Part shown: in pieces, positions 7,433 to 10,679 of the stretch
Layout of the letters: the number at the start of each line of letters is the position of its first letter
Numbering within the stretch: position 1 is the stretch's first letter
IMG/VR virus record: IMGVR_UViG_2648501186_000016
DNA length: 10,679 nt
Strand: one strand, 5' to 3'
Origin: a virus
Lineage: Duplodnaviria > Heunggongvirae > Uroviricota > Caudoviricetes
Position numbers and translations under genes: made by a program
Notes under the pieces: generated by a model
What the model was told of the DNA's origin: nothing
What the model saw: only the letters and a program-made list of their open reading frames with translations
Databases searched by the model: none

Positions 7433-8164
7433 CATTTATTTGTTTCGATGTTAGCTGACACATCTATGGCACAGAGCAAAACCGAATATGATTGTCCACT
7501 CTGTGCTAGTAGAAAACATAGATATCAACTATCCGTACCAATCTATGAGTATAGAATAAATTAATCTGCTCGCAACTAATAGCCTCTAACAGCCAATACA
7601 GTGCCACCGATGATACAAAAAACAATACTCCAAAAAGCGTCTGGTATTGGATTGTCATTACTAGCTTCCGAGGTGAGATATGCATTAAGCCAGGTGCGCT
7701 GGAAAAGTTATGTTTCCCTAATGGAATTGCCCATGACTCAACATATTTTTTCTCTGTTGCTAGCGAATAGACCTAAAATGATAAGCACCATTAACATCAA
7801 CAGCGCCCCCTTGAGCTCTTCTTTTCGGTGAAAAGCCCATCATCAACGGCGCATTGCCTAACCCGAATTCTAGCCACCTTAGCCAGTATTTACCCCCTAG
7901 ATACCAAATGCTTACCCCTCTATTTGCTCTGATAATACTTTATTGCATAATCCCTCACTACATTAGACACTGCGTCAATCCTGCCTTCTATAGCTTGTTT
8001 TAACGCTTTCGGCACATTCCTCTGAACCAGCCCAAGATATGGCTGTTAAATTTTTACTTACATTCAAAAAAACTTTAACTTTTGCAATCAGATCATATGA
8101 TGTTGTTAATGGTAATATTCTGAATCTAAAATGACTTAAGAGTTCGTAGGTTAGAGGGACATGT

Positions 8165-9184
8165 ATGACTTCTGAAAGCAACAGAATTGGGAAGATGGGT
8201 GTAAACTACATAGAAGGTGTATTGACAAGATGGGGATGGGGATATCAATCAATTTCGCAAGAAAATGATGATGGGTTTGATGGCTTAATATATATAAGAT
8301 CTAAACGATTTGAGGCGAAAGATAAAGAAAACCGGAGTAAACAATCTTGGGAGTTCACTGGTGGGTTGATTCATGTACAAGTAAAAAGTGGAGATACATA
8401 CATTAGTAGTCGTAATAAAGATGAAATAAGGATCAAAATAAAAAACCTCAATGAAAAGAAGAAAATATGGTCTAGATCGTCTATTCCATGCATACTTGTA
8501 TTTGTTTTTTGGGATCATAATGAAGTTGAGTATTCCTACTGGGCTGATCTTAAATCTGAATTAACTTATTGTGATAACAGTAGTACGCTAATAAAAATCC
8601 CCTTAAAAAATAGATTTATGAGATCCCAAGAGTGTAAGGGGCCTTTAAGACGACTTGCAAGGGTATCGGCCAACTATGCAGATAAGCCGCTGATAGATTT
8701 ATCAAAATTTGACTCATTAAGTGGTAAGCTACCTACAAGTCTAAACAGTAACCTAAATTGTTCTTTGAAAAAGAAAGGTATTGAATTCTATCAGAAATGG
8801 CGATTAATTGGGGCTACAAACCCTTATTTTGGTCCTGTTCTAATAAACAGAACTGGTTGGAGTCATATAACTCGACGAAATCGCCCAATAGCAAGAATTG
8901 AAGCAAGCTTTAATTTGTTACCTTTAGCAGCAAGAATTATAAATGATGTATCTACATGGCGAATGTTAACACCCGTACGACGGTATGATAATAGAAAGGA
9001 TGGTTATGTTTGCTTTATAGATTTCGTTGGGTTAACAGCCAAAGTGAATTTAAAGAATCGCAACTCATCAGAAGTTATGGTTGTGTTAAAAAGGGAGAGG
9101 AGGTATAAACAGGGTGAAGACTGTTCCTCTGCGAAAACAAGATTATGGTTTTACACTGTTTATGAACCTGGAAGAGGAAAATAA
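8165..9184 (+). CDS. Cargo protein with N-terminal Mrr/DUF4365-like PD-(D/E)xK nuclease-fold domain and uncharacterised C-terminal domain; candidate anti-phage defense or Abi effector
   Basis: 339-aa ORF, ATG at 8165 with AGAGGG 6 nt upstream. N-terminus IGKMGVNYIEGVLTRWGWGYQSISQENDDGFDGLIYI...GGLIHVQVKSGDTYI...IPCILVFVFWDHNEVEYSYWADL fits the DUF4365/Mrr pattern (G-rich start, GW, D-x-GxDG, QxK, hydrophobic strand plus YW). Gene is about 32% GC in two hand-counted 60-bp samples versus about 50% in flanks. Confidence 0.75.
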   Translation: MTSESNRIGKMGVNYIEGVLTRWGWGYQSISQENDDGFDGLIYIRSKRFEAKDKENRSKQSWEFTGGLIHVQVKSGDTYISSRNKDEIRIKIKNLNEKKKIWSRSSIPCILVFVFWDHNEVEYSYWADLKSELTYCDNSSTLIKIPLKNRFMRSQECKGPLRRLARVSANYADKPLIDLSKFDSLSGKLPTSLNSNLNCSLKKKGIEFYQKWRLIGATNPYFGPVLINRTGWSHITRRNRPIARIEASFNLLPLAARIINDVSTWRMLTPVRRYDNRKDGYVCFIDFVGLTAKVNLKNRNSSEVMVVLKRERRYKQGEDCSSAKTRLWFYTVYEPGRGK

Positions 9185-9393
9185 ATTGAGGCGGTACAAT
9201 CGCGCTCAGGCTGTCCCAGACGTGATGCATAACACCACCGGTTCCAGAATTTAAGGATCTGGACCTTCAATTATGCGTGTACCGCCTTATGCAACAATAC
9301 TATAAAATTATTAAACGTCAAGATGTTCAATAAGATTTGGGCTTTCATGCCACAACACGAAAGTTCATTTTATAACGTCTAAAGCTTTCACAA

Positions 9394-9422
9394 TGTCCGC
9401 TTTTCGCAGCTCAAAGCGGACA
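9394..9422. terminator. Inverted repeat between convergent cargo and integrase genes (possible bidirectional terminator)
   Basis: 10-bp stem TGTCCGCTTT (9394-9403) / AAAGCGGACA (9413-9422) with 9-nt loop; flanks are only moderately U-rich on either strand. Confidence 0.3.
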
Positions 9423-9455
9423 GTCATATTTGATTGTATTCTGGCTACTGGAGCC

Positions 9456-10679
9456 TCAGTTAGAGTCTGAGATAGTACAAGTAATGATCGATTCAACTCT
9501 CTCCCACCATGCCTGGTAGGCTTTACGCTGTTCTTCTAGATAATCGCTCTTATCATAAACTTGCCATACCCCTGGCAGTTTATGGCCGAGCATTATTTCT
9601 GCAATATGAGGCGCAGTAAGATCAGAAAAGTTTGTTCGTGCTGTTCGCCTCAAATCATGAAGAGACCAATGAGGGAATTGATACCCCAAACGCCGCCATG
9701 CGTACTGCATTAAATTGTAAGGCAGCGACTGCAATGATGTTCGTCCAACGGGTTCCCTGCTTCCTTCCTTAGTAAAAAGCATATCGGAACCATTGTTCAT
9801 AGAGATAACGTACTTTATAAGCTCTTCAACCGGTTCAATAATGGGGCGCTTTAGCGGTTCGCCTGTTATATCCCCTGTCTTATGTCGTTCTGGCGGTACA
9901 GTCCATACCTTATTAATGAAATCAAAATCATCCACCCTAGCGGTAATTAGCTCTGAACTACGGCAGCCAAAATGCAGCAATAGTTTAATGAAGGCCCGGT
10001 ATTTAGGAACCATTCGAGAACCATCGATCGCAGCATAAAGGATTTTAATTTCATCATGTGTCAGAAACCGTTTCTTCTGACCTTTACGGATATCCATATC
10101 TTTACCCGTGATATCCGACAGCGGGCGGGTTTCAATGAGCTTTCTCTTATAGGCCCAGACATGGGCCTGCTTTGCGTTAATTAGCAATCGGTCTGCTATT
10201 GCTGGAGTCTTAGTGCTAAGAGGCTCTAAGACTTCTAACCAATCATGCAATGTAGCTGCATCGTGAGGGATACTCCCGATTTTAGAGAACAGGTGCAGCT
10301 CAAACGAGCGGAGTATCTGTTCAGAACCTTTTTTATTTTTTACACAATATGCTTCATACCAGGCACGGATCACAGACTCTACCGTCATGGCTTCAGTAGC
10401 TTTTCGTTTTTCAGCCTGCTTGACCAATCGTGGATTACGGTTTGACTCGAGTTCACCACGAAGACGGAGAACTTCTTCTCTGGCCTCTTTTAATCCAGTT
10501 GCCGGGTAAGTTCCGATATCAAGACGCTCACCTTTCCCTGCCCATTGATAACGATATTGGAACACTACGCGACCTTTCGGTGATACTCTGACAGACAGAC
10601 CATCACGATCGGATTTAACCAAAACCTTATCACGTTCCTTTCCAACGACTGAACGCAACCACGCATCAGACAGCGCCAT
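9456..10679 (-). CDS. Tyrosine-type site-specific integrase, P4/CP4-57-like family
   Basis: 407-aa ORF whose ATG is the last three bases of the window. N-terminus MALSDAWLRSVVGKERDKVLVKSDRDGLSVRVSPKGRVVFQYRYQWAGKGERLDIGTYP resembles the arm-binding domain of P4-type integrases; C-terminus carries the recombinase signature (R in GCRSSEL, HDLRRTART, LGHK, Y in VYDKSDY). Confidence 0.9.
   Translation of the reverse strand: MALSDAWLRSVVGKERDKVLVKSDRDGLSVRVSPKGRVVFQYRYQWAGKGERLDIGTYPATGLKEAREEVLRLRGELESNRNPRLVKQAEKRKATEAMTVESVIRAWYEAYCVKNKKGSEQILRSFELHLFSKIGSIPHDAATLHDWLEVLEPLSTKTPAIADRLLINAKQAHVWAYKRKLIETRPLSDITGKDMDIRKGQKKRFLTHDEIKILYAAIDGSRMVPKYRAFIKLLLHFGCRSSELITARVDDFDFINKVWTVPPERHKTGDITGEPLKRPIIEPVEELIKYVISMNNGSDMLFTKEGSREPVGRTSLQSLPYNLMQYAWRRLGYQFPHWSLHDLRRTARTNFSDLTAPHIAEIMLGHKLPGVWQVYDKSDYLEEQRKAYQAWWERVESIITCTISDSN

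Larger units (their letters stand above)
1..10679. mobile_element. Partial lambdoid-type prophage: replication arm, immunity region, early-left operon, AT-rich cargo island and integrase
   Basis: Gene content and order (KilA-N, O-like initiator, Rha, YdaT-like, Cro-like, cI-like S24 repressor, AlpA-like, tyrosine integrase); divergent repressor/cro arrangement with shared operator motifs; both ends of the element lie outside the window. Confidence 0.8.

Noticed and set aside
7506-7685. Assignment of the 59-aa antisense ORF to the Hok/Gef toxin family
   Set aside because: Only a vague resemblance (a TM helix followed by a Cys-Glu); not enough similarity to name a family, so it is reported only as a candidate small membrane protein.
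7601-8181. ORFs 7601..7831 (+) and 7975..8181 (-) in the AT-rich spacer
   Set aside because: No RBS, composition typical of AT-rich non-coding DNA, and 7975..8181 would run through the cargo gene's RBS and start.
8285-8518. ORF 8285..8518 (-)
   Set aside because: Antisense to the cargo gene; the lysine/isoleucine/phenylalanine-rich translation is what AT-rich antisense sequence produces.
9185-9455. Possible tRNA gene or tRNA fragment (att site) downstream of the integrase 3' end
   Set aside because: No cloverleaf-compatible sequence, no GGTTCGAATCC-like T-arm and no CCA-proximal acceptor pattern seen; the att for this integrase type is expected at the other (5') side, outside the window.
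9793-10445. ORFs 9793..10038 (+) and 10245..10445 (+)
   Set aside because: Antisense to the integrase gene, which has full recombinase motifs.
1-10679. CRISPR array or rRNA genes
   Set aside because: No regularly spaced identical repeats with unique spacers and no rRNA-like sequence anywhere; the only periodic repeats are the iteron-like units inside the initiator gene.

Overview
The window reads as one piece of a lambdoid-type enterobacterial prophage, running from its replication arm to its integrase. All calls are from reading the sequence and the six-frame track by eye; no similarity search, HMM or folding was run. Left arm (minus strand, 1-3794): a Cro-like HTH gene, a YdaT/CII-like gene, a Rha-domain ORF, a 74-aa ORF, an O-like replication initiator carrying iteron-like repeats in its linker, and a 3'-truncated KilA-N gene, several joined by ATGA start/stop overlaps. 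Immunity region (3795-4700): divergent promoters with recurring TTGC-N7-GCAA operator-like palindromes, a cI/LexA-type repressor (HTH plus S24 peptidase), a terminator, and a PL-like promoter carrying two copies of the same operator motif. Right arm (plus strand): a long structured leader with a boxA-like element, then three genes matching the length and order of E. coli K-12 CPS-53 YfdP/YfdQ/YfdR, and an AlpA/Xis-like HTH gene. The most interesting part is an AT-rich island (about 7440-9450; roughly 25-35% GC in hand-counted 60-bp samples versus about 50% in flanks) between that gene and a P4-type tyrosine integrase whose ATG is the last base of the window. The island holds a 339-aa protein with an N-terminal Mrr/DUF4365-like PD-(D/E)xK nuclease signature and an unrecognisable C-terminal half, a candidate single-gene anti-phage or abortive-infection cargo. 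No rRNA, tRNA or CRISPR array was found.
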